Source: Synechococcus elongatus PCC 6301 (GTDB lineage Bacteria > Cyanobacteriota > Cyanobacteriia > Synechococcales > Synechococcaceae). Taken from it: DNA of 32,000 nucleotides. The notes beneath the pieces were generated by a model, which saw only the letters and a list, made by a program, of their open reading frames with translations, did no database searches and had not been told where the DNA came from. The position numbers and the translations under genes were made by a program. Below, in pieces: positions 24,761-32,000 of this stretch. How positions within the stretch are numbered: position 1 is the stretch's first letter; the number at the start of each line of letters is the position of its first letter. The stretch is from positions 1,560,001 to 1,592,000 of the forward strand of contig NC_006576.1 in assembly GCF_000010065.1 (NCBI RefSeq), in the 5' to 3' direction.

Positions 24761-25683
24761 GCTGGCTGGGACTGCACAGGTTGGCGGGCCAAAGTGGAAT
24801 CTAGGGTTGACGCCAAAGTCGCAAAAGCTACTTGTTCGAGGTTGGCGAATGACCAGCCTGCGGCCCGAAACACAGGCCGATGATCGGGCCAAATGGCGCG
24901 TAGGGTTAGCCAGAGGAGGCTGCGCTGCAAGGCATGACTGAGGCGGCGACGCCATGGCGATCGCTCGCGACGGAGGTGTTGCAACTGCACAGCTTGGAAG
25001 CGGAGATGCTGACTCTCATCCCATTCAATTTGGCGGGCGATGGTTTGAAGCAGGGGTGAGGCGATCGCCTGTTGTAGAGCTTGGGCGTAGAGTAGACTGA
25101 CAATTTCGGCATTGAGCAAGACAGTCAACGCTGTTTCGAGGTTGAGGTTCTGTCGCCGCAACCGCCGAAAAGTTTGATCGAGCCAGTGCGATCGCAGGCA
25201 GGGTTGCTGAATAGCCTTGAGGAAGCGACCCAAATCAGCGGCGTGGCGCTGTTCCTCGCGAATGAACCACTGCATTGCTGATGCTAAGTCGGGGTCACCG
25301 CCATTGGCAATCCAGCGATGGGTTGCCCGCATCAAGTTATGGCCTTCGGAATATTCACCCAGTTGAAACATGGCAATCGATCGCCAAAAAGCAGGCGGAT
25401 AATCTGCAGCGGTTATTCCGGCTTCGGCAGGCAAAGGCAGTAATTGGGCATGATTACGCTGAAAGTAGGCTAACCAGTCTGCAGCCGTTTGCCGCTTGTC
25501 TTGCCACAAAGGGTTGGGGGGGGTGAAAGCTGAGGAGGCATAAAAACACTGCTGGGCAGTGAGGAAAATTGCCAGAGCTGATGAGGAAACTAGCACTCTT
25601 TCTTGGGGAACACCACGCTTATGAACTTTTCTGAAAGAAGGGAGCAAGATTGAGGAGAGAAAACAGTCATCACTGTTAATCAC
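24757..25683 (-). CDS. Ferritin-like (di-iron carboxylate type) domain protein; start uncertain
   Basis: Spaced E / ExxH pairs: GEYSEGH, EEQRHA, NAEIV, DESQH. The ORF-track start is a GTG, and there is no nearby ATG. Confidence 0.5.
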   Translation of the reverse strand: MINSDDCFLSSILLPSFRKVHKRGVPQERVLVSSSALAIFLTAQQCFYASSAFTPPNPLWQDKRQTAADWLAYFQRNHAQLLPLPAEAGITAADYPPAFWRSIAMFQLGEYSEGHNLMRATHRWIANGGDPDLASAMQWFIREEQRHAADLGRFLKAIQQPCLRSHWLDQTFRRLRRQNLNLETALTVLLNAEIVSLLYAQALQQAIASPLLQTIARQIEWDESQHLRFQAVQLQHLRRERSPWRRRLSHALQRSLLWLTLRAIWPDHRPVFRAAGWSFANLEQVAFATLASTLDSTLARQPVQSQPA

Positions 25684-25760
25684 TACGCGATCGCAAAGAG
25701 TGATTGGTTGTTAATAGCACTCTGAGGAAATTAGATGTCTTTAGTCACTCTTAATAGTCA

Positions 25761-26525
25761 GTGGCTATGGAACTAAAGCGACTGATTGCAGCACTTACAG
25801 TTCTGCTGTTAGCGGCTTGTCAACCGGATAGCCGCCTCAGTGAAACGCCACCAGTGGCAGAGCTGGCAACAGTGATTTCCGTAACGGTGGGTCCTTATCA
25901 CTTGCGTCTCCCTTTAGTGGCAATCACTTGGGCAGGAAGATCTAAAGTGTCGCAGCCTTGTGAGGAAGAAAAATCCCAGCGATTGTGTTCTGTGCCGATG
26001 GAAACACTTGTGGAATCTGCACAAAAGGAAAGGGCGATCGCGGCAAGCAGCCTTGAGATTCTGCTGGATGACTACAGCACCTTTAAGAATTTGAAGCTCG
26101 ATCGCTGGTTTGATATTCCACAACTTTGTGAACAACTCACTCAGCGCTGGGCACGTCAGCAGTGCACTGGGCCGTCTTTGTTTCAGGACAACCTGCGAAG
26201 GTTCACTCTCATTAAGCAGGAGTCGCTACCAAGGGTTAACAGTCTAGGTTTGATTGGGGGACAGAAGGAGCCGATCAGACAGGTAGTTCAGAGGATGGAG
26301 TTTATTGGCGATGATCCGACGGCTGATTGTGCAGATGATGGTCAGGGTCTCTGCACAGTAGCTATGCAACTTGAAGGAAATGTCCTCGCCATCTGGGTTG
26401 TTGCGATCGCGGATGTTAATTCAATTCAAAGACAAGCGATCACAATTCGAGCTTTTTTGAAGTATGCGGCAGGGAAAGAAGAGAACTACAAGATATTAGA
26501 AGCAGCGTTATCTATCAATAATTAA
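25761..26525 (+). CDS. Hypothetical lipoprotein
   Basis: Signal peptide with lipobox ...LTVLLLAAC|QPD. The GTG at 25761 or the ATG at 25767 could be the start. No family recognised. Confidence 0.55.
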   Translation: MAMELKRLIAALTVLLLAACQPDSRLSETPPVAELATVISVTVGPYHLRLPLVAITWAGRSKVSQPCEEEKSQRLCSVPMETLVESAQKERAIAASSLEILLDDYSTFKNLKLDRWFDIPQLCEQLTQRWARQQCTGPSLFQDNLRRFTLIKQESLPRVNSLGLIGGQKEPIRQVVQRMEFIGDDPTADCADDGQGLCTVAMQLEGNVLAIWVVAIADVNSIQRQAITIRAFLKYAAGKEENYKILEAALSINN

Positions 26526-26592
26526 AAGCATAAAAAAATTAATATTTACTTGAAATTTTCAATGAAGATAAGCGGCATCATTAACATAGCTT

Positions 26593-26877
26593 TTAATCAC
26601 GGCGACCAAGAATATTTTTCTCAATTTTTTCTTTTATTCGACTTTCATAAAAGCTAGAGTATGGATAGATTACAAGACTAATAATTGCACAGGCAGCCCC
26701 TAAAACTGCTGAAAGAATCCAAATATCAGAGTTTGAAGATAGAGTGCCTGACTGCACAATGAAGAAGGGGAGTACCGCACAGATAAGGATTATTATCCCT
26801 ATTAGAAAATTAGCAATTAGCCCTAAGAAGCCAGAATAAGAAGGCGTATACGACCAAAACCAAGAGAGCAGCACCAA
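26593..26877 (-). CDS. Hypothetical small membrane protein (2-3 TM segments)
   Basis: 94-aa ORF, hydrophobic, AT-rich. Only TTG or GTG starts are available. An ATG-initiated 37-codon ORF overlaps its 5' end in another frame. Confidence 0.3.
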   Translation of the reverse strand: MVLLSWFWSYTPSYSGFLGLIANFLIGIIILICAVLPFFIVQSGTLSSNSDIWILSAVLGAACAIISLVIYPYSSFYESRIKEKIEKNILGRRD

Positions 26878-27084
26878 TGCCTACTAGGTAATTACTAGAT
26901 TGCAACAAGTCAACTTCAGACATATCCGATTACCAAGTACTCAGAGAAAAACCACAGAAAGTGCAGAAGAAGCATAAAGGCATTTACTGTGTTTTAGTAG
27001 AATAAGATTTCAACTACTGACAACCTTGATTTTTTTAGATTCTCTTTAGGAGTCAGATTCTTTTATGAACTCGGAACAGAAGAG

Positions 27085-27214
27085 TTACATCCCATGTAGA
27101 AGGTTCGCGATCGCAGCATAAATCTCTTGCAAATCAGTCGGTGCTAGACAGTAAGGCGGGAGCAGATAGAGAGCATTACCGAACGGACACAGGAACAAGC
27201 TAAGGGCGATCGCT
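27085..27214 (-). pseudogene. Orphan copy of the last ~43 codons of a bioA-type gene (3'-end remnant)
   Basis: Gap-free alignment to bioA 28145-28274, exactly 1060 bp away, at roughly 80% nt identity. It translates in frame to AIALSLFLCPFGNALYLLPPYCLAPTDLQEIYAAIANLLHGM*, against AIARGLLLRPLGNVLYLLPPYCLTPTELQDIYAAIADLLDEI* in bioA. Confidence 0.75.
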
Positions 27215-27376
27215 CCTGCTTTAGTTTTAAGTAATGTCCAAAACTAAAAGCCTCTTCCTAGGGAATACACAACTCATCTTTGATGGTTGTGAGTGATAGT
27301 TGGCGATAGGCTGGGTATAGTAGGAGCTAAGTCGGTCAGTTAATTAAACTTCAGTAGCACTAGAGATACCAATCAA

Positions 27377-27709
27377 ATGACTGTTCAGGCGAACGAATTA
27401 CCAATTGAGAAAGTCACTGAGTTTTGTCATAAGTGGAAAGTGACTGAGCTTGCTCTATTTGGCTCTGTTTTACGTCATGATTTTCGTCCTGATAGTGATA
27501 TTGATATAATGGTTGATTTTCATCCTGATTTTTGTCCGACTTTCCAAACGTTAGATCTTATGGAGGCAGAACTTAAAACAATATTTCAGCGAGAAGTTGA
27601 TCTCATTACTCGTCAAGGAATTGAATCGAGTCTAAACTACTTACGCCGTCACGAAATTCTTTCTTCCGCTCAGATAATTTATGGGACGAGATCTTCAGTA
27701 TCTGCTTGA
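27377..27709 (+). CDS. MNT-type nucleotidyltransferase antitoxin (type VII HepT/MNT system)
   Basis: 110 aa. LFGSVLRHDFRPDSDIDIMVDF matches the GSxxRGx5SDxD nucleotidyltransferase motif. Confidence 0.85.
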   Translation: MTVQANELPIEKVTEFCHKWKVTELALFGSVLRHDFRPDSDIDIMVDFHPDFCPTFQTLDLMEAELKTIFQREVDLITRQGIESSLNYLRRHEILSSAQIIYGTRSSVSA

Positions 27710-28034
27710 TATACTGCAATCCGCAGAATTGATCCTGACATACATGAATCAGTGCTCTCGCGAGGATTTTACGACCAACCTTCAACTACAAGACGCAGTG
27801 ATTAGACGCCTTTTGATTATTGCCGAAACAGCGAAGCGTATCTCAGAGCAAGCTCGACAGTCATTACCGACTATTCCTTGGCAGGAAATCAACGGAATGC
27901 GGAATCGATTAGTGCATGAATACGATGATATTAATTTGAGTATTGTTTGGAATGTAGTTGAGACTGAGCTACCTGTTTTAATTCAAGAGCTAAAAGCTTT
28001 GATCCCTCCAGAGACAGGAACGACACCCCTCTGA
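27681..28034 (+). CDS. HepT (DUF86) HEPN-domain RNase toxin
   Basis: 117 aa. Rx4HxY motif RNRLVHEY. Overlaps the MNT gene by 29 nt, which is the typical bicistronic arrangement. Confidence 0.85.
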   Translation: MGRDLQYLLDILQSAELILTYMNQCSREDFTTNLQLQDAVIRRLLIIAETAKRISEQARQSLPTIPWQEINGMRNRLVHEYDDINLSIVWNVVETELPVLIQELKALIPPETGTTPL

Positions 28035-28144
28035 GCTGGATGGAGAGAAGCTGCAGAGCTATTCGGTTCAACATCACTTCTAGATGAACCTACTAGCACT
28101 CAGTTTGATGAGGATGAATGGCAGTAGGATAGCTATTTCAGTTT

Positions 28145-29419
28145 TTAAATTTCATCTAAAAGATCGGCGATCGCAGCATAAATATCCTGCAACTCAGTTG
28201 GTGTTAGACAGTACGGCGGGAGCAGATAGAGAACATTGCCGAGTGGACGCAGGAGCAATCCACGGGCGATCGCAGCTTGACGAACGCGCAAGCCAATCGG
28301 GTCGAGATAGCCCCCGCGATCGCTGACTAAATCACAAGCGGCAATACCGCCAGTCAGCCGTGGCCTAGTCACTTTTGGATGCTGAGCTAATAGCTCTAAG
28401 CCGGGTAGATGAGCATCTTCTAGTCCTTGCACGATCGCCTCAGAATCTAGCAGTAATTCCAAGCTGGCGATCGCGGCTGCACAACCTAAAGGATTCGCTG
28501 TATAACTGTGGCCATGATAGAAAGTATGGTCAGGATTGCCACTGCAAAACGTGTCGTAAATCACTTCCGTTGCCACCGTAATCGACAGCGGCAAAAAGCC
28601 CCCGGTTAGCCCTTTCGAGAGGCAGATTAAATCCGGCTGAATGCCCGCTCGTTGGCACGCAAACCAAGCCCCCGTTCGGCCAAAGCCGGTCATCACTTCA
28701 TCAGCAATCAGCAGTGACCCTGCCGCTTGCACCCGTGCCGCCAGTTGTTGCAAAAACTGCGGACGCGCCATCCGCATTCCACCCGCACCTTGCACCAGTG
28801 GCTCAATGATCACCGCCGCTACATCGCCCGCCGCTAGTGCTTGCTCTACTGCCGCGATCGCCGCTGCCTCTTTTGCCTCAACGGTTTCATCGCCCCACCA
28901 AGTCTCGGGATAGGGCAAAAACTCGACGCTGAACAGCAGCTTTTCAAACGGCGCATTAAAGAGCGATCGCTCCCCAACCGACATCGCCCCAAAGGTGTCG
29001 CCGTGATAAGCCCCGTCAAACGCTAAAATGCGCGATCGCGGCTGATCCAAGTTGTGCCAATACTGCAGCGCCATCTTCAGCGCCACTTCCACCGCCGTCG
29101 AGCCATTGTCCGAGAAGAAAACTCGCGTTAGTTTCTCCGGCAGAATCTTGCAGAGTTCCATCGCCAGACGTTCGGCTGGCTCATGGCTAAAGCCTGCAAA
29201 AATCACATGCTCCAGCGTCGCTGCTTGCTGGGCGATCGCTTCCACAATCCGCAGGTGAGCATGACCGTGCAGATTCACCCACCAACTCGAAATGCAGTCG
29301 ATTAGCTCGCGCCCATCAGCTAATGTCAAACGCGCACCTTTGCCCGAAACTACTTTGAGCGGATCCGGCGCATCTTTAACTGATGTAAAAGGGAACCAAA
29401 GGTGCGGATGGCTAGGCAT
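28145..29419 (-). CDS. bioA: Adenosylmethionine-8-amino-7-oxononanoate aminotransferase
   Basis: 424 aa. HLWFPFT, WWVNLHGH, DEVMTGFGRTG, LSKGLTGGFLP (PLP Lys), HGHSYTANPLGCAAA. Confidence 0.92.
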   Translation of the reverse strand: MPSHPHLWFPFTSVKDAPDPLKVVSGKGARLTLADGRELIDCISSWWVNLHGHAHLRIVEAIAQQAATLEHVIFAGFSHEPAERLAMELCKILPEKLTRVFFSDNGSTAVEVALKMALQYWHNLDQPRSRILAFDGAYHGDTFGAMSVGERSLFNAPFEKLLFSVEFLPYPETWWGDETVEAKEAAAIAAVEQALAAGDVAAVIIEPLVQGAGGMRMARPQFLQQLAARVQAAGSLLIADEVMTGFGRTGAWFACQRAGIQPDLICLSKGLTGGFLPLSITVATEVIYDTFCSGNPDHTFYHGHSYTANPLGCAAAIASLELLLDSEAIVQGLEDAHLPGLELLAQHPKVTRPRLTGGIAACDLVSDRGGYLDPIGLRVRQAAIARGLLLRPLGNVLYLLPPYCLTPTELQDIYAAIADLLDEI

Positions 29420-30044
29420 GGAAAAGCTGGTTGAAGGTGTCTTTCAAAACTTGCGGATTTAGTGCGGGTAACGGTTCTAGCTCCGCCAAAATCGGCACTT
29501 GGCCATAGTGAGCGATCGCAGCGCAGTTCTCAGGATTGCGTGGGCCATTGACGATCACGCCCAGAATCGGCACCTCAGCTGCCCGCAGCGCCGCGATTGA
29601 TAGCAGAGTGTGATTGATCGTCCCCAACTTGCTCCGCGCCACCAAAACAACCGGCAACTGCAACTGGCGAATTAAATCGAGAATCAAGTCCTGCTCATTC
29701 AAGGGCACCAGTAAACCGCCCGCCCCTTCGACAATCAGCGATCCCGAGACTTCCGGCAGTTGAAAATCCTGGAGGTTAATCTGCACCTGCTCCAAGCGCG
29801 ATGCCAAATGGGGCGACAGTGGGGCTTCGAGTCGGTAGCGCTCGGGAATGACGCGGTCGGGCGTTAGCCCTGCCCAAGCTGCCACGCGATCGCGATCGCC
29901 ACCCAAGCCTTCCAGCCCACACTGCACCGGCTTCCAGTAGCTTGCGCCCAAACCCGCTGCCAGCAAAGCCGAAACCACGGTTTTGCCGACATCCGTATCG
30001 GTGCCAGTCACGAAAAAGCGATCGGGAAATGCGAACTGAGGCAT
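29412..30044 (-). CDS. bioD: Dethiobiotin synthase
   Basis: 210 aa from the internal ATG. FFVTGTDTDVGKTVVSALL P-loop, EGAGGLLVP. Its stop overlaps the bioA start by 8 nt. Confidence 0.9.
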   Translation of the reverse strand: MPQFAFPDRFFVTGTDTDVGKTVVSALLAAGLGASYWKPVQCGLEGLGGDRDRVAAWAGLTPDRVIPERYRLEAPLSPHLASRLEQVQINLQDFQLPEVSGSLIVEGAGGLLVPLNEQDLILDLIRQLQLPVVLVARSKLGTINHTLLSIAALRAAEVPILGVIVNGPRNPENCAAIAHYGQVPILAELEPLPALNPQVLKDTFNQLFHA

Positions 30045-30049
30045 GCAGG

Positions 30050-30871
30050 TTAAGTCAGCAGAGAACAACGGGGATCAGGGCAGCTCACCGGCGCGATCGC
30101 TGCAGGTACAGGCGATTTTTGCCACAGCCCCCACCAAAATTCTTGCTCAATCGGTTGCGATCGCTGATCCCAAGCTTGGAGTAAGCGCCGAAATTGCTGG
30201 GGTGGCAGAGGATCGGCCGCTGTTGCCGTCGCTCCGAGGTCTTTGAGTTGCCGGAAAAAGTGGCGGGCGTTGGTGATCGGTAACGTCAGGCGATCGCAAG
30301 ATCCCTGCTGGAGTTGTCCCGATCGCGACAAGACGGCCTGAATCTCAGCTGCCTCCGGCAGTGGATGTCCCGTAAAGGGAATCTGCAACTGCTCACAGAG
30401 CTGTCGCCAGACCTGAAAACTGCCTGCTGTCGGCACTGCTAGTAAGAGCCAGCCGCCCGGAACTAAAGCCGCTTGCCAGCGCTGCAAACTCGCTAGCGGA
30501 TCTGGCAGCCATTGCAGGGCAAAACTACTGGCGATCGCGGCATAGGCGGGTTCTGGGCGGACGGTCGCTCCATCCAAAACCTGAAACTGGAGCTGAGGCG
30601 ATCGCGGTAAATTCTGCTCACAGGCAGCCAGCATCGCCGGTGAAAGATCAGAGCAAATCAGGGAGCGATCGGGCCAAGTCTGGTGCAGTTTTCGACTGAG
30701 TAAGCCTGTGCCACAGCCGATTTCAAGGATCGGTCCCGCTGGCAAGTCAATAGCTCTAAAAGCGGTACTCAAGCGATCGACAGCGACTTTCTGGGCGATC
30801 GCCACCGATTCATAGGTTCTGGCAGCAGCGCCAAACTGCTGACCAATTTTGGCGGGGGTTAGCGCACTCAT
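30050..30871 (-). CDS. bioC: Malonyl-ACP O-methyltransferase
   Basis: 273 aa from the internal ATG (MSALTPAKIGQQFGAAARTYESVAIAQ). SAM motif ILEIGCGTGLLS. Position in the bio operon supports the call. ATGA overlap with the upstream gene. Confidence 0.8.
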   Translation of the reverse strand: MSALTPAKIGQQFGAAARTYESVAIAQKVAVDRLSTAFRAIDLPAGPILEIGCGTGLLSRKLHQTWPDRSLICSDLSPAMLAACEQNLPRSPQLQFQVLDGATVRPEPAYAAIASSFALQWLPDPLASLQRWQAALVPGGWLLLAVPTAGSFQVWRQLCEQLQIPFTGHPLPEAAEIQAVLSRSGQLQQGSCDRLTLPITNARHFFRQLKDLGATATAADPLPPQQFRRLLQAWDQRSQPIEQEFWWGLWQKSPVPAAIAPVSCPDPRCSLLT

Positions 30872-31536
30872 GCCGCCAATACCTCTTGGAGCCAAGCCTG
30901 ACAATCGGCGATCGCGGTGACTGGCAGGGCGTGACCTTGGCGTGGCCAAAATTTCCACGCTGTCGGCTGCAACTGGTCAATGAGAGTCTGCGCCCGTTCA
31001 ATCGGCACAATGCGATCGCTCTCGCCGTGCAGCACCAGCCGCTGAGGAATCCGCAGCAAAGGTTCAATGGCAAGCTGACTGCGATCGAGCTGTTCCAAAT
31101 CTGCCAACAAGCGATCGCGATCGGGGGCGATCGCCGGTAATTCCGGCGCAGTTTGCGGTCGATAGCACTGGCGATAGAAACCCTGCAAACCAGCGAGTGG
31201 ATCAGATGCGATCGCGTCTCGTAATTGCCCTAACGCCTGCTGAGACTGGGTTTTCGCCGGTTCTAGCTCCGGATGATAAGCCGTGAAACCGCCCCAACAA
31301 ATCAGACAATCTGCTCGCGCCACCAAGTCTGCTGGTAGCCAATGCAATCCCCAAGAATGGGTCAGCAACCAGAGGCGATCGCCTAACGCTGGCCAATCCA
31401 ACTGGGGCGACCCCCAATAGCCGCGATCGCCGGCCCAAAAGTCTGCGCCCTGCGCCCGAAACCAGTCCTGCCAAGGCTGCCAGCTTGCCGCAGACCAGCC
31501 CCAGCCATGAAAAGCCAGCACCGACCAACGACTCAT
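30868..31536 (-). CDS. bioK: Alpha/beta-hydrolase, probable pimeloyl-ACP methyl ester esterase (cyanobacterial BioK-type)
   Basis: 222 aa. Nucleophile elbow LLTHSWGLHW. Small hydrolase sitting between bioF and bioC with ATGA overlaps on both sides. Function inferred from context. Confidence 0.55.
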   Translation of the reverse strand: MSRWSVLAFHGWGWSAASWQPWQDWFRAQGADFWAGDRGYWGSPQLDWPALGDRLWLLTHSWGLHWLPADLVARADCLICWGGFTAYHPELEPAKTQSQQALGQLRDAIASDPLAGLQGFYRQCYRPQTAPELPAIAPDRDRLLADLEQLDRSQLAIEPLLRIPQRLVLHGESDRIVPIERAQTLIDQLQPTAWKFWPRQGHALPVTAIADCQAWLQEVLAA

Positions 31537-32000
31537 ACCCAGCCCTCACTCAGCACTGTTACAAGCTGGTGCAGGTGTTGCGGTTGATGATCGCTGCGCA
31601 AGACCAGCCGCAATCGCGCCGTCCCCTCGGGTACCGTCGGCGGCCGGATCGCTATCGCTAAAATTCCTGCTGCCTCCAGTCGCTGCGCCAAAGCCAAAGC
31701 TTGCTCAGACTCCCCCACCAGCAGCGGCACAATCTGCGTTTCTGAGGGGCCACAATCCCAGCCGCGATCGCGACAACTCTGCCGCAATTCCGCTGCGATC
31801 GCCTGCAGATGCTGCCGTTCTGGTTCTAGTTCCGGTAATAACTGCACGGCAGCCAAAGCTGCAGCCACGACCGGCGGGGCGATCGCCGTCGTATAAATCA
31901 GCCCCGGACAGGTGTTGATCCAGTAATCACAGAGCGATCGCGAAGCCACCACAAAAGCTCCTGCCGATCCACAGGCTTTGCCAAAGGTGCCAACCGCCAC
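31533..32000 (-). CDS. bioF: 8-amino-7-oxononanoate synthase, C-terminal part (5' end lies outside the window)
   Basis: GTFGKACGSAGAFV (PLP Lys region), IYTTAIAPP, RPPTVPEGTARLRLVL. The ORF runs off the window edge. Confidence 0.85.
   Translation of the reverse strand: MAVGTFGKACGSAGAFVVASRSLCDYWINTCPGLIYTTAIAPPVVAAALAAVQLLPELEPERQHLQAIAAELRQSCRDRGWDCGPSETQIVPLLVGESEQALALAQRLEAAGILAIAIRPPTVPEGTARLRLVLRSDHQPQHLHQLVTVLSEGWV

Noticed and set aside
28084-28326. 80-aa plus-strand ORF at the bioA 3' end
   Set aside because: It is antisense to bioA and spans the non-coding gap. It has no motif and is R/S-rich.
30872-30958. Longer starts for bioC (30958), bioD (30068) and folB (22292)
   Set aside because: The internal ATGs give canonical N-termini. 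They also create the ATGA or short overlaps typical of a coupled operon, whereas the extensions would overlap upstream genes extensively.
1-32000. The many GCGATCGC repeats as a possible CRISPR array or mobile-element termini
   Set aside because: They are 8-bp palindromes scattered inside coding regions, with no regular spacing or repeat-spacer structure. This is the known cyanobacterial HIP1 element, not CRISPR.
1-32000. Search for tRNA, rRNA, transposase, integrase, reverse transcriptase or known defence-system genes other than HepT/MNT
   Set aside because: Inspection of the ORF set and intergenic regions found none. No T-loop-like GGTTCGAATCC-type motif was noticed in any gap. A tRNAscan or Infernal run would be needed for certainty.

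Overview
This looks like a cyanobacterial chromosome segment. The octamer palindrome GCGATCGC (HIP1) saturates part of the window, and the gene content and order resemble Synechococcus elongatus; I cannot confirm that without a database search.

The window splits into four parts.

(1) ~0.6-12 kb is an AT-rich, almost HIP1-free accessory island. It encodes an NDP-sugar tailoring set: RmlC-like epimerase, Zn-ribbon C-methyltransferase, DegT aminotransferase, GNAT-like protein and CmcI-like methyltransferase. It also encodes a GT2, a small SAM methyltransferase, a TPR-GT41 (OGT/NGT-like) enzyme, an 848-aa GT2+GT4 fusion, and two tandem type IV pilin genes that are almost identical.

(2) 12-19.4 kb has native composition and forms a minus-strand block: membrane-anchored or exported FAD oxidoreductase, TPR-GT9-like protein, SAM methyltransferase, and an unusual GT47(exostosin)-TPR-GT9-like fusion that abuts the pilins.

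(3) 19.4-25.7 kb is housekeeping: rpmB, an ArsB/NhaD-type permease, folB, gnd, a NUDIX hydrolase and a ferritin-like protein.

(4) 25.7-32 kb contains a lipoprotein gene, a low-GC islet and a biotin operon. The islet carries a HepT/MNT toxin-antitoxin pair flanked by a diverged direct repeat of the bioA 3' end. The operon is translationally coupled, bioF(partial)-esterase-bioC-bioD-bioA.

The most interesting hypothesis is a protein (pilin) glycosylation supercluster built from three TPR-glycosyltransferase fusions around the duplicated pilA genes. I saw no rRNA, tRNA, CRISPR array, transposase or integrase. All GC values are hand counts of single 60-nt lines.
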